This document shows, one piece after another, positions 1-13,010 of a DNA stretch of 64,000 nt. Position 1 is the first letter of the stretch. Each line of letters begins with the position of its first letter. Below the pieces are notes generated by a model, which was not told the origin of the DNA, did no database searches, and saw only the letters and a program-made list of their open reading frames with translations. This DNA is from Octopus sinensis. Its lineage: Eukaryota. Location of the stretch: the NCBI RefSeq assembly GCF_006345805.1, contig NC_043018.1:868001-932000 (forward strand), given 5' to 3'. A program made the position numbers and the translations under genes.

Positions 1-764
1 TATAAGTACCTTGATATCATTGAAAGAGATAAGATGAATGAAGAAAAGATTAAAACATGCGCAGGAAAGAGTATTTGAGGAGAACTTGCTTGTGCTCCAA
101 TCAAAGCTAAATGGCCGCTATAAGAGTAGAGCAATTAACACGTGGATTGTTGCTTTTATGAGATATGAAGCAGGAATAGTATTTTGGAAAAGCATAAATT
201 ACAAGAGATAGACTGGAGAACACGTAAATTATAGTCAATGAACAAGGAGCTACAGCCCAAGAGTGATGTGTCAAGATTTTACGTAAAGATAAAAGGACGG
301 AGATTGGTGTGTTGTGAAGGTTGTGTACGTGAAGAGGAGAATAGCCTAGCTTTGTATCTCAAACGGAGTAAATAAGAAATTATTGAAACAGTAAAAATGC
401 AGGAAACCTTCAAAGTGAAAAAAAAGCCGTATATCCAATACAATTTACGGAAGACCAGACAGAGCAGATGAAAATTTGGCAGGAAAAGAAAATGCACAGT
501 CAGTTCTTGAAGAGAAAAGAAACGATTGGAATAGAACCTGGCAAGGGCTGTAGAAAGGAGACTTAAAAGAGCCCACTGTGTCATTAGTGTGTAGCGCTCA
601 AGAACAAGCTCTCAGAACAAACTACTCCAAATACCACATTGATAAAAGCACTGACTCGAGGCATTATAGGATGTTCTCTGAATAGGGAAAAAGTATAAGT
701 TGTATTGTTAGTGAGTGCTGTAAGCCCGTACAACGTGAATACAAAAGGAAACACGACAATACGG

Positions 765-831
<67 letters not shown>

Positions 832-1235
832 TAGCTGTTGTGCGATTAAGCAAAACCCAACCAAATCATTGAGGCGAGACAAGATATTGTGCTCGCATAT
901 AACGATTAAAAAAAAGGTAAAGATAATAGATGTTGCAATACCAGGCGATTCGAGGGAAAAAGGTAAGAAAACAGAAGAAATTGAGAAATGCCAACCATCG
1001 CAGTTTTCAAGGGCTTTGAGAAACATATTTAGAATATTGAAGCTGCTCTCAGGCTCGAGGTGATCCAGGAGACAGCATTGTTGGGTACAGCTCGCATTCT
1101 AAGGAGAGTATTGTCTGTTTGAGTCACAGGAGAAGGCATTACTTTGAAACCGTTGGTGATTTGTTGTTGCCTGCTTTCAAGTAAAGAATAGCTGCTAATT
1201 AAGAAATAACCGTGAGGCTTTCATAATAGACAAAC

Positions 1236-1236
<1 letters not shown>
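1..1236 (+). mobile_element. Degenerate R4/Dong-like non-LTR retrotransposon: 3' part (RT C-terminus, zinc knuckle region, RLE endonuclease, 3' UTR)
   Basis: Interrupted frames read YKYLDIIERD, AINTWIVAFMRYEAGIVFW, PKSDVSRFYVK, GDLKEPTVSLVCSAQEQALRTNY...IVSEC...REYKRKHDN and IIEARQDIVL...KVKIIDVAIPGDSR (PD..D RLE motif). Stops and frameshifts are present, a (TA)n tract sits at ~769-829, and the element ends directly in (TAA)n. Confidence 0.85.
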
Positions 1237-1288
<52 letters not shown>

Positions 1289-1338
1289 TAATAATAATGA
1301 TGATGATGATGATAATAATAATAATAATAATAATGATG

Positions 1339-1405
<67 letters not shown>

Positions 1406-1475
1406 TAACAATAATAATAAAAATAACAATAATAATTATAATAATAATAATGATAATCATAATAATAATAATATC
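1237..1475. repeat. (TAA)n microsatellite with TGA variants
   Basis: Direct reading; source of the poly-I/poly-L ORFs. Confidence 0.95.
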
Positions 1476-1999
1476 CTAATCATCATCATTATTGTTACTG
1501 CTAAGCTTATTTATTAACATTATTAAATACGAAACAATATTTTTAGAATAATGACTTGAATTTATTTCTTTGAAAAATCGATTTAAACCAAGGAAGCATT
1601 TCAATCCAACACAAAAAGTCAGAGAGCGAAATTTAATGTTGTTTTATGATGATTAAAAAAGAAATCACAACTTATCTCGGCGTGTATATGTGTTTATGTC
1701 TATGCTTATCCGAACCGGAGTTTTATATCTGATCATGTGTGCGTATTCTACGTTGAGAAATTTAATAATAATGACACTGTGGAGTTTTAAGATCTGAATA
1801 AATAACTCGTAAATATTTCTGCGTTTATTGTGCAAATTATCACAGCTTTTGTAAAGTTCGTATAGTAGATAAGTCCAATCAATTTATTTATTAGTCTGTC
1901 ATTACTCTTTCCATCTATTTGTCTATATCTTTACTTCGATTCTACACAATTTGCCCACCCCACTAGACACAGAGACAGACATACATTTCCCTGATGGAA

Positions 2000-2257
2000 T
2001 TTGTGTGTGCGCGCGTGTCTCTCAGTGTGTGCGTACGTGTCTCTCAGTGTGTGTGTGTGTGTGTGTGGTGTGTGTGTGTGTGTATGTGTGCTTGTGTATG
2101 TGTGTGTGTGTGTCTCTCTCTCTCAGTGTGTGTGTGTGTGTGTGTGTGTGTGAGTGTGTGTGTATGTGTGTGTGTATGTGTGCGTGTGTGTGTGTCTCTC
2201 AGTGTGTGTGTATGTGTGTCTGTGTGTGTGACTCTCAGTGTGTGTGTATGTGTGTGT

Positions 2258-2299
<42 letters not shown>

Positions 2300-2681
2300 T
2301 GTGTGTGTGTGTATGTGTGCTTGTGTATGTGTGTGTGTGTCTCTCTCTCTCAGTGTGTGTGTATGTGTGTGTGTGTGTGTGTATGTGTGTGTGTATGTGT
2401 GCGTGTGGTGTGTGTCTCTCAGTGTGTGTGTATGTGTGTCTGTGTGTGTGACTCTCAGTGTGTGTGTATGTGTGTCTGTGTGTGTGACTCTCAGTGTGTG
2501 TGTGTGTGTGTATGTGTGCTTGTGTATGTGTGTGTGTGTGTCTCTCTCTCTCAGTGTGTGTGTATGTGTGTGTGTGAGTGTGTGTGTATGTGTGTGTGTA
2601 TGTGTGCGTGTGTGTGTGTCTCTCAGTGTGTGTGTATGTGTGTCTGTGTGTGTGACTCTCAGTGTGTGTGTATGTGTGTGT

Positions 2682-2724
<43 letters not shown>

Positions 2725-2730
2725 TGTGTG
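2000..2730. repeat. (TG)n-based cryptic minisatellite with higher-order units
   Basis: TG runs are punctuated by recurring CTCTCAG, GTATGTGTGTCTGTGTGTGTGACTCTCAG and GTATGTGTGCTTGTGTATG blocks. Confidence 0.9.
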
Positions 2731-4039
2731 AATGGGTCGTTAGCTTCATACGGCTTCTTAAAATATTGTCAGATTTTTGCCACGTTTAATTTCCAGACAG
2801 ATATAGTCTCGTAATTTGAGTTTTCTGGTCAGAAGGATATATTGAATATTTTCATTCAACGTGATGAAAGATATAGTACTCGAATCAAATTTTTTTCTGC
2901 GATGAGGACTCCTGGTATGTTACAAATATTTCTTTATAGGGGATTTGTGCTTAGTGTTTAACTTATCTCTATAGGTTTACTCTAAAAATTCGACCCACCA
3001 AGGAAACCTGCGACGATTGAAAAGAGCAGCCGAGTGTATATGAATATTTCAGGGGTCATCAGGGGTCAGCATGGCCATCAGCTTAACATCCATCCTATTG
3101 CCAATCCTTGAAAACATTGCTGAAATATTAACTAAGTTTAGCAGTATAACAATGTTACGTATATATTAATTTCTGGTAGGCTAATTGTACCTCGTTTTGC
3201 AAACATAATATTCTACCAAGTATAATAAAGGTTTATAATTCAAAACAAATAGTCTACTTTTGGGGTAGCAGTGAAATATTTTAAAATTATTTCAATAGAT
3301 TTTCTACAGAATATAGTCCTAGTCCTAAAAGCCACGACATTTTTCATAAGAATAAGTATATGTTAACACTGAGAGCTAAGATACAAATATAGGTCTATAA
3401 AAACGTTTAATGTAGTTGGTTGTATAATATAGTTGGATATCGAAATGAAGCGACTCAACCATCAATTAATGGTGCAAATCTTGCCTGGAATATGTTTAAT
3501 ATGGATATTTGTCTTTCCAATAGCGTTACACCGATAAACTTAGTGGGTATTGGAGCAAGATGTGTGTGGGTGGTTAATGGAGTGGATATCGTGCTGAAGA
3601 AGGAGCAATAACTCCTGAATATTCCTATACACTAATTACCAATTTTTCTGTCTACGATTGCATAGTTTCCAAAGGCGTATTTGATTATGAAACTTCATAA
3701 ATATAGTATTGACTCTAAATTCTATAGAAATTTCGTAAAAATAACTTAAAAGTGATTCTATCGTACTCCTAACATCGAAGTAGGACACATTTTTGATGTA
3801 TAATACTTTAATATTCTTGGTGGTAAAAAGTAAAACTCTATCTTCACCGACACTGAGTGTTTAAAGTTGTGCTAATGTTCGAAATAATAATTTTATGAAT
3901 ATTTGTTTTGGTCATTTTCTTTAAAATATCACGCTCGCACAAACGCAGCTTAAGTGTCAGGTTAGTGAGAGTATATATAGATGCATACACACCACAGACC
4001 TTTTCCAGTTTCCGTCCACCATATGAATAAGAGTGTGCC

Positions 4040-4370
4040 TTACGTGTGCCGGTGGCACATAAAAAGCACCATCCGTTCGTGGCCGTTGCCAGCCTCGCCT
4101 GGCCCCCGTGCTGGTGGCACGTAAAAAGCACCATCTGTCCGTGGCCGTTTGCCAGCTCCGTCTGGCACCTGTGCGGGTGTCACGTAAAAAGCACCCACTA
4201 CACTCACGGAGTGGTTGGCGTTAGGAAGGGCATCCAGCCGTAGAAACACTGCCAGATCAGACTGGGCCTGGTGCAGCCTTCTGGCTTCACAGACCCCAGT
4301 TGAACCGTCCAACCCATGCTAGCATGGAAAGCAGACGTTAAATGATGATGATGATGATGATGATGATGAT
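4040..4370 (+). mobile_element. Non-autonomous RTE-related retroposon 3' end with ~3 internal ~55-bp repeats and (GAT)n tail
   Basis: GGTGGCACRTAAAAAGCACC-like unit x3, then GTTGGCGTTAGGAAGGGCATCCAGCCGTAG...CCAACCCATGCTAGCATGGAA...GTTAAA(TGA)n. Confidence 0.7.
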
Positions 4371-4884
4371 ATACATACATACACAGAAATATATATATAT
4401 ATCCGCTGAGAAATACAGGGCTAAATCAGAAACATGTCTATATATTGTCTACATCATTAATACCCTATGAACAAACGAAGAAACTCTGCAGAGTTAGTAA
4501 AATGCGTTGAAAAATAAATACTTTATTTTTCAACGCATTTTACTAACTCTACAGAGTATTTGAGTGTCTTCTTCTTACCAAATGAAAATCGATCGAGTTG
4601 TGAACTTAACCAGTTCATGTTTAAATAGAAAATGGTTGCGAATTTAAAAAACATATATAAGACTCACCACCGTTGTCTAGTTAAAAACATTCTTTTAAAC
4701 CTTTAGTTTTAAAGTGATGGTTTGTTGCCAATTTAATGTGGTAATCCCAGGAAAGGGAAGAATGCCACTGCTATTTAACCCTAAAAAACACCGTATGTAG
4801 TTGTCTACGTGACAGAAGCGTTCTGTGTCCTTAAGTTTTCATAGAGTAGAAATAATCATCTCCACCCAAACAAAGCTAGCATAT

Positions 4885-4921
4885 AGAGACTAGTTTCAGG
4901 GTAGTTGCTCTTCATCAGTCT
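4885..4921 (-). ncRNA. Minimal type-I hammerhead ribozyme motif (core intact, weak stems)
   Basis: Minus strand: aga CTGATGA agag caacta ccct GAAAC TA GTC tct. Stem I is 3 bp, stem II is 3 of 4 paired, stem III ACTAGT is palindromic, and the triplet is GUC. Confidence 0.6.
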
Positions 4922-5072
4922 GGAGTAGCTTGGCCTTGCTACCAGTCGGTGTTAAATCGCTGTTGAAAACATGTTAGTTCTAGGATTATCAAAAAGTAAT
5001 ATTTTATCATTGTAAGGAAACAATACGATGACCACTGAAGGTACCAAATTCCTTCTACTGAGCACGCTGTCA

Positions 5073-5460
5073 TGGAAGCACTCCGTCGGTTACGATGACG
5101 AGGGTTCCGGTTGATCCGAATCAACGGAACAGCCTGCTCGTGAAATTAACGTGTAAGTGGCTGAGCACTGCACAGACACGTGTACCCTCAACGTAGTTCT
5201 TGGGGATATTCAGCGTGACACAGAGAGTGACAAGGCCGGCCCCTTGAAATACAGGTACAACAGAAACAGGAAGTAAGAGTGAGAGAAAGTTGTGGTGAAA
5301 GAGTACAGCAGGGATCACCACCATCCCCTGCCGGAGCCTCGTGGAGCTCTTTTTAGGTGTTTTCGCTCAATAAACACTCACAACGCCCGGTCTGGGAATC
5401 GAAACCGCGATCCTATGACCGCGAGTCCGCTGCCCTAACCACTGGGCCATTGCGCCTCCA
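5073..5460 (-). mobile_element. tRNA-derived SINE, family A (octopus OK-like), full length
   Basis: Head TGGAGGCGCAATGGCCCAGTGG...GGTTTCGATTCC has A/B boxes; flanked by the duplication CACGCTGTCAT; near-identical to copies at 14783, 35081 and 47987. Confidence 0.9.
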
Positions 5461-5848
5461 CGCTGTCATATGATTTACACCGTACATTAAATAACTCATG
5501 TCTTCCTAATTTTCAATGAATGTTTCCCGGACATTGTTCTTTCCGTTTAATCCCCTACATTCCGCCCAAAATTGATTTTAAGGAGAGAATATTAACTCCT
5601 TTTTCTTTCGTTTTTCATTTCCTTTCTTTTTTTTTTTTTTAAATATTTCATAACGGTGATAACATGTTCTTAATACCAGCTTACTCACTGGAACATTATA
5701 CAACAAGCGAATGTTTAAGACAGAAAATTCATAAGCTTTCACATGCTCATACACACGCGCATATGTACACAAATATGAATGTATTAATGTATATCTATCT
5801 ATCTATATATATATAAATTGATAAAAAAAACATGATGCCAAGGATTCA

Positions 5849-5926
5849 GCGGTACATATGTTTCGGGCCTTTATTAGACAGATTTATAACAATGCATAAT
5901 GTATGTCTGTGGCCTTCTTCAGCCGC
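5849..5926 (-). ncRNA. Hammerhead ribozyme motif (left-arm copy)
   Basis: Exact mirror of 6178-6255. Confidence 0.65.
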
Positions 5927-6177
5927 GCACAACAGCTTCCACAAGGACATGTGTTACATCAAAAATTCTTGGTTGGGGATGCAAATCCTCTCTTTCGCGC
6001 ACGACATAATGCGGCAACAGCATAGAATTGAAGCGTCCATCTCTACATTGAGAGAAGAAAGAGATGGACGCTTCAATTCTATGCTGTTGCCGCATTATGT
6101 CCAACGCGAAAGAGAGGATTTGCATCCCCAACCAAGAATTTTTGATGTAACACATGTCCTTGTGGAAGCTGTTGTGC

Positions 6178-6255
6178 GCGGCTGAAGAAGGCCACAGACA
6201 TACATTATGCATTGTTATAAATCTGTCTAATAAAGGCCCGAAACATATGTACCGC
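6178..6255 (+). ncRNA. Hammerhead ribozyme motif (right-arm copy)
   Basis: gcgg CTGAAGA a ggcc acaga...tctgt...ggcc c GAAAC ATAT GTA ccgc. Stem I is 4 bp, stem II is extended with an A-C closing mismatch, stem III ACATATGT is palindromic, and the triplet is GUA. Confidence 0.65.
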
Positions 6256-7493
6256 TGAATCCTTGGCATCATGTTTTTTTTATCAATTTACTCCACCACC
6301 TACACCACCAAACGGTATACACAGGTGCTTATAATTATCAAGTACTCACCCCGAATTTCTATATATATATATATACATATATAAACAGAGACAGAGAGAC
6401 AAACAGACGGGGACGCAGACAGACACATACATACATATATACAGACACATATACACATATAGTGGCTACTTTCTCGTATACAAGTACAAACCTAATTTCA
6501 TTCAAGTTTATTTATAAATGAATTTACAGCATTTATATCTCAGGCATTATTTTGTTTTAAATGTTCTATCAATAACTGTTGAAAATTCTTAACCTTTGTG
6601 AGCCTTTATTCATCAAACACCCACACACAGATTATTCAACGGTAACCAGTTTAAACTGAATCACTTCTACATTAGTAATGAGAAAAAATAATATTTTATT
6701 AACTAAACTAAGGAGACCCGTACATGCAGAAACAATGGCCCTTTCCCATTCCCCTTTCACGCCATGCTTGAATTCACAGCCATCCATCCAAATTCCAAGC
6801 AGCAATATAATACTTGGTAGGTATTAATGTTATCCGGATTTAAGAAATTTTAGTTAAAACATAAGGTTTCCTTCAAACTTTTAGAAATCGAGCAAACACA
6901 CTAGACTATTCTGTTTACTGAAGTATTTGTCAGACACTAATACAGACTGAAATCTAAAGTGAAGCACATGTTTTGATGCAGAATATGGATAAAATTCGTT
7001 ACACTGTTGCAAATTATGTCTGGTTAAGTAAACATCTTGAACTTTGAATTGTCTAGCTGTTTGTTTAGAGGATATTATGTCGCCACTGAAGATGACATAT
7101 TCTAAACAGAAGAATATCATAATACAGGTGTATCGAACGGAATATGCAACTTTTATTCTAGAACATTGGCTTTCTCTACCTCTTCTTTTCAAACAATGTA
7201 AGTGACAAATTTGACGTCTAATCTAAAATATTCTCTCGTTGATATTCCTGAGACTGAGCTTTCAATTTTCATTCACAACGGGAATAATCAAAATATCAAT
7301 AATTATTAGTTAAACAGCAACAATGAAATTCCATTTTCCTACCTTTAGAAAGTAGCTTACGAGATATATAATCACATACGTAGATGGCTTGTATTTTCTA
7401 CTTCGATTTACAATTCTAATCCCTTAAACAATCCCACAATTTAATTTATAACTATGCAGCTGCTATGATCCTCACAACAAAATATCTGATTAC

Positions 7494-7710
7494 GGCGGTG
7501 AGCAGGTGGAATCTTTAACACCCCGGACAAAGTTATTAGCGGTATTTCATCAGTCGTTACATTCTGTTGTTAAATTCCACCGAGATCGATATTCATCATT
7601 TTGGTGTCGATAAACTTAAATACCAGTTGATCATGGGGATCGATGTTATCGTTTTACACGTTTTACACCCTCTCCAAAATTGTTGACCTTGTGCCAAAAT
7701 TTGAAACCGA
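7494..7710 (+). mobile_element. Degenerate SINE, family C
   Basis: Diverged match to the 59359 copy (GGCGGTGAGC...TTAGCGGTATTTC...AAATTCCACCGAG...GTCGATAAA). Confidence 0.6.
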
Positions 7711-8602
7711 TATTAGCCTGATCTTAGATGCGTCCATTGTGTCATTTCCTCCAATCAGCAACATTCAAATTTTCATAAAAGCCTGGAATAATTCCCGTAC
7801 TATTCCAGTATTATCATACATTATATATTATTATAGTCCAGTAATAATTCCCGTATTATTTGTCACGTCTGTCGTCCGATTAAATTGGAAGCAAACTTTG
7901 CAAGAACCATAGTAGTTACTATATAAAAAAATAAACAGAAAACAGTATCATATAAATAAACACGCACACGAACGCAAAACACACAGGCAGAAACACAAGC
8001 ACACAACGACAAACATATATACATATATGTGTATGAACATGTATATATACACACTCACAAATATACACATGTATATATTATAAAGACAGAAAAACACAAC
8101 AACTTATATCCGCATCTATAGGCATAACTATATACATACTTTACTTCATAGGCATAAACACACATTAGTAGAAAACAATTTTTTTTCTATATATCAAGTA
8201 AGTCTGGGTCCGTGTGATACATGTAATTATATATTAGTTTTTATATTTCTAATTGATTTTGTAGTTTTGGTATAGGTTAGATATAGAAAATGGAGTATTT
8301 AATACATTTTGTTTTTATATGACGGCTTGGTAATAGAGTTTTGACAAGCGGACAAAAACTTAAGACTGTTTTACAATACAATGTAGCACCAAGATAAATG
8401 GCATTGCAATCATGATATGAAGGAACCAAACTTATATATAAATATATATTTTACGAGTATGACAAATTGTAAATTTCGAATGGAAAACACAAATAAATAA
8501 AATTCTCGGCGTTATCTAGAGAGAAAAATATAACACTCTTGTCACCCGCTTAAGAAAGAAAACAGATATAAAATAAACAGAATCATAATGAAACCAAATT
8601 GT

Positions 8603-8603
8603 G

Positions 8604-8664
<61 letters not shown>

Positions 8665-8684
8665 TATATATATATGTATGTAAG

Positions 8685-8728
<44 letters not shown>

Positions 8729-8823
8729 TATATATATATATATGCATATATATATATATATATATATATATGCATATATATATATATATATATATGCATA
8801 TATATATATATATATAATATATA

Positions 8824-8896
<73 letters not shown>

Positions 8897-8908
8897 TATA
8901 TATATATA

Positions 8909-8959
<51 letters not shown>

Positions 8960-8974
8960 TATATATATATATAT

Positions 8975-9029
<55 letters not shown>

Positions 9030-9060
9030 TATATATATATATATATATAATATATATATA
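8603..9060. repeat. (AT)n microsatellite with GC interruptions
   Basis: Direct reading. Similar tracts occur at 9245-9345, 21330-21835, 31290-31700, 32205-32360, 52130-52360 and 54650-55140. Confidence 0.95.
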
Positions 9061-9292
9061 TGCTGAGAAAGTGAGTGGTAGAAAGACAGAGAAAAGGGAG
9101 AGATACTGAGATAGTTAAATAAAGCCGCTTGGGCTACATATATAAAATATACACACACATATACATGACTCTCTACCTCATTCTTTCCTTGTCTCTCTCC
9201 ATATACGTGTGTGTGTGTGTGCATTTATGTAGGTATGTATGTGTATATATATATATATATAATATATATATATATGCATATATATATATATA

Positions 9293-9336
<44 letters not shown>

Positions 9337-9711
9337 TATATATACATACATACACTCGGCCAGATAAATGGTTCATTTCACCAGAGGAGACAGTCTAGTG
9401 TCTACTATATTATTAATTTAAAAGAATGTATATACAAATGTACAGTAGACTGTTAGAAGTTGGGTAAGTGAAAAAAAAAATTCAATTAACAAGAAAAAAA
9501 AGGCAGCTGCAGAATATTTTAGTGTCATTTTGTCACATAATTCCATTTTGAAATTTTTTTTTTTTGTCTTCTAAGTATGATTATGAAAGAGTGATGTGTT
9601 GTGTGGGGATGTTGTTATTGGTAATTTTTTAACATTTCGTATTGTATCAAAACATAATACTTTGGTGTATTGTTCGCTCACCAGCCCCGGACTGATACTA
9701 ACAGCAAGAAC

Positions 9712-9775
<64 letters not shown>

Positions 9776-9785
9776 CGATAATAAC

Positions 9786-9818
<33 letters not shown>

Positions 9819-9830
9819 GATGATGATAAC

Positions 9831-9871
<41 letters not shown>

Positions 9872-9931
9872 TGATGATAATAATAATAATAATAATAATG
9901 GCATGAACTGCTCTCTCACTCAATAATAATG

Positions 9932-9970
<39 letters not shown>

Positions 9971-9985
9971 GCAATAATAATAATA
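9712..9985. repeat. (TAA)n microsatellite
   Basis: Direct reading. Confidence 0.95.
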
Positions 9986-10099
9986 GTGATGGTGATGGTG
10001 ATTTTGATAATACTTTCTGTATTGGACAGAAGGTTTGCAAACAGATTTACGATTATATAAATTTACAGTAGTCTGGGTGTTTGACTAAACAATGTTTAA

Positions 10100-11030
10100 C
10101 AAAAAGTATGAAATAACAAGGAAATTATTCGTAAGACAAATTTATCCAATGCTTGTACCACCGGGCAGTAACAAAGAAACGTGAAAGACCTTGGGTCACA
10201 CACCCTACAAAGTTCACTAGCAGGAAGGTCCTTTCCTCCAACCGTTTCTTCGATCCTCCAGGTACCAGCTGAGAATAAACCGACCCAGGTGGGTCATCTG
10301 AGTTACATTCACCCAACATTTAACAAGTTTACTAGAGTGCACAAACGTCATATCGGCCTTCAATTTCCATTTCACTTGCAACATCAGAAAAGTACTGACT
10401 TTCCTGTCTGTCTCTAATTCACAACCGGACACTTTGTCAGATCATCCACCGACTGCATTGTCCGTCTAGTTGAGAACGGTGATGGCATGACGACATTCTA
10501 GGAGAAAAACAGCTTTGGCTATTTGTACAAGACTTGCCAACTTTGTTAACGTAACGCGACTTCCGACATTGTAATTTTGTTAAAGAAAACGCTGTTGGTC
10601 AGCATGAGACTGCTTCTGCGGACCTCTTATTTCTTGGTCGAAATTTACAGCTGTCAACAACACACAGTTCATTAGCATGGAACAGATGGTGTCGATGGGT
10701 TTTTGTTCTAGTCTATGACAGCGACGTCGTGTACTTAGCCAGCATAGTTATTACGCGTCCTAGGTACGTCCATTGGCTTTAGTCTCCGTAGTACAGGCTC
10801 AGCTGTCAGTATACAGAGAAGAGACGAAATTGGGTAACCTTGAACGTATGATAGGTAGTCATGCACCATAACTGCCATGAAGTCGTTGCAGCACATTATA
10901 GGTTGCCATAAGAACAAGTACTGGTGGTTTAGCTTATTCAATTCTTTTGATTTAGTACAATTAATCAGGTCCCAACTAAGCCCCATTCTTTGCCAGGTTT
11001 TTCTACAAAGGATCACCAGATGTGGATATT
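10100..11030 (-). mobile_element. Degenerate L1/Tx1-clade LINE reverse transcriptase fragment
   Basis: Minus frame VQGYPISSLLCILTAEPVLRRLK resembles VRQGCPLSPLLYVLALEPLLRRL; a frameshifted YADDV-like segment follows, then VGLFSAGTWR; many stops. Confidence 0.65.
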
Positions 11031-12612
11031 ACTTTGTGAGTTCAAATTCCACCGAGGTCGACTTTGATTTTCTTTCTTTCAGGGTCGATAAAATAAGGAC
11101 CAGTTGAGTACTGCGATACTGGTAAATGACATAGCCCCTCCCCGGTGATGACTTGCATTGTTCCAAAATTTGAAACAAATATCTTTGGAGGGACGATAAA
11201 TGCATTTTGCAGCATATTAATTTCTAGTTCTTTACTTCGCGTGTCTTCTCCATTAACCGACTATAAATCCATAATATATAAGCATATCTCTACGTGCAAA
11301 GGTGTCATAAAGAATATCTTTCATCCCTTCTTTTTCTACTATGCTGTTGGAAAATCCTCCTCGACTACTGTTTAATCCACGTAAATAAGAGAAGAAATCT
11401 TCCACTCGCGAAAATTCTCCTGGTTATTCGAGAAACTTTTTTCTATTGTTTGCACTGCATCTATTGTTCGCAAAATGAAAATTAAAGATACGTATTCTCT
11501 ACTTATATAACAGGTGGACCTTTTCCGAATACATAAGTGCCCTGCATGTATAAATGATGTTTTGTTTTTCTTTATTTTTTAGTTTGCATCTATCTCTGTT
11601 TTGGCAGATGCATAATCTGAAATAAAAATCCGTTGGTGAATATTCATCACTCTATCGTCACTAATCCCTGATGTTGTCTAGATTATTTTCATACACATAG
11701 TTGTATGCTTCTACGAACGATTTATCTTAAATTATTTCCATTATAAACGAATGCAGTTGCAATCCTCTTACATGAAATTTCTTGGTTGCCCTCTGTTTCT
11801 GGTGACGGCTCACATGCTTTCAAGGTATTCAGCATAGGCTGAGCTCGGCTATTTTTCATTATTTGTTTTAGCCTGCTCCTACATAAATGCCCTCCGCGTA
11901 GCACATCATTTTTTCGCTGGAAAAGCCCTTTTGTGAAATCGATAGAAGCTTACGAATCGGACATTGTGTTGCAATGACAAGGAGAACTGCTTATACTGTT
12001 CATTCATGTTTCACCACGTAGCGTCTACTAGGATAGCTACTATGATAGACTCCAACGCATTCTAGCAATTATACCGGGTACATGCTGTTCGCGGCATTTT
12101 CTACTTCAACTGTAATTAATCAGATATTTGCTTCTATATTATTTCGTATCACCTCCACTCAGGCACTTCCATTAAACATGCTCATCATATAATCGCATCC
12201 CCATCAACAGCACTGTCAGTGTTTTCCAGTCCGTTTTCTCTGTAAGATTTCGAACAAGTTTGTGTGAAGCCAATAATGTCATGCATATTCGCATACACAC
12301 ACTGTGTATGGTGAACAGCAATATATCGAAGGTATATTATTGTGGTGGAGGCACATGGTTCAGCGATTAGCGTAAGATCGTACTTACGATTCCGAGATAG
12401 GGCAATGTTGTGTTCTTGAACAAAAAGAAAAAAACAAATTTCATGTGTTCTGGTTCACGTGTGATCCTGTGATGCCCCGTCCCTCATCAAATGGGAAAGA
12501 TACACGCCACAGTATTCCGGTAACCGGACATGTGAGACTATAAATCCAGAAGTCCCCTGTTCGTTTCATATATGACAATAGAATTGCCTGATTCCTATTT
12601 ATCAGAAATTAA

Positions 12613-13010
12613 GGCGGCGAGCTGATGGAATCATTAGCACGCCGGGAAAAATGCTTAGCAGTATGTCGACCATTTTTACGTTCTGAGTTCAAATTCTGCC
12701 GAGGTCGATTTTGACTTTCATCGTTTCAGGCTCGATAAAATAAATAAATATCCGTTGATTCACTTGAGTCGATATAACCGAAATATTCCTTTCTCTGAAA
12801 CTTTCTCTGAAACTGTTGCCTTAGTGCCAAAATTCGAAACGATATTAATCAGAAATATGGCGTTAGCATGCCGGACAAAGCCTTTGTTGACATTTCACTC
12901 GCCTTCAGGTTCTGAGTTCAAATTCCGCCGAAGTCGACTTTGCCTTTTATCTTTTCGGAGTTGGTACCAGTTGAACATTGGTGTCGATCTGATTGACTAC
13001 TTTAAAATCA
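12613..13010 (+). mobile_element. Two adjacent degenerate family C SINE fragments
   Basis: GGCGGCGAGCTG...GTTCTGAGTTCAAATTC...GAGGTCGA motifs at ~12613 and ~12865. Further fragments at ~11030, 14174, 14593, 17260-17500 and 25140-25560 (minus). Confidence 0.65.

Larger units (their letters stand above)
5814..6290. repeat. 477-bp near-perfect foldback (231-bp arms, 15-nt spacer); probably two inverted Penelope-like pLTR fragments
   Basis: 5814-6044 is the reverse complement of 6060-6290 except for one 3-nt mismatch block; each arm carries a hammerhead motif. Confidence 0.9.

Noticed and set aside
3045-3070. Minus-strand CTGATGA cccct GAAA
   Set aside because: No stem II pairing and no stem I.
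3591-3632. CTGAAGA aggag-caataa-ctcct GAAT: HHR-like with a perfect stem II
   Set aside because: A15.1 is missing and stems I and III cannot be formed convincingly; at best a decayed relic.
5832-6272. Twin 117-aa ORFs on opposite strands
   Set aside because: They are a direct consequence of the palindrome and run antisense to the HHR module; no recognisable domain.
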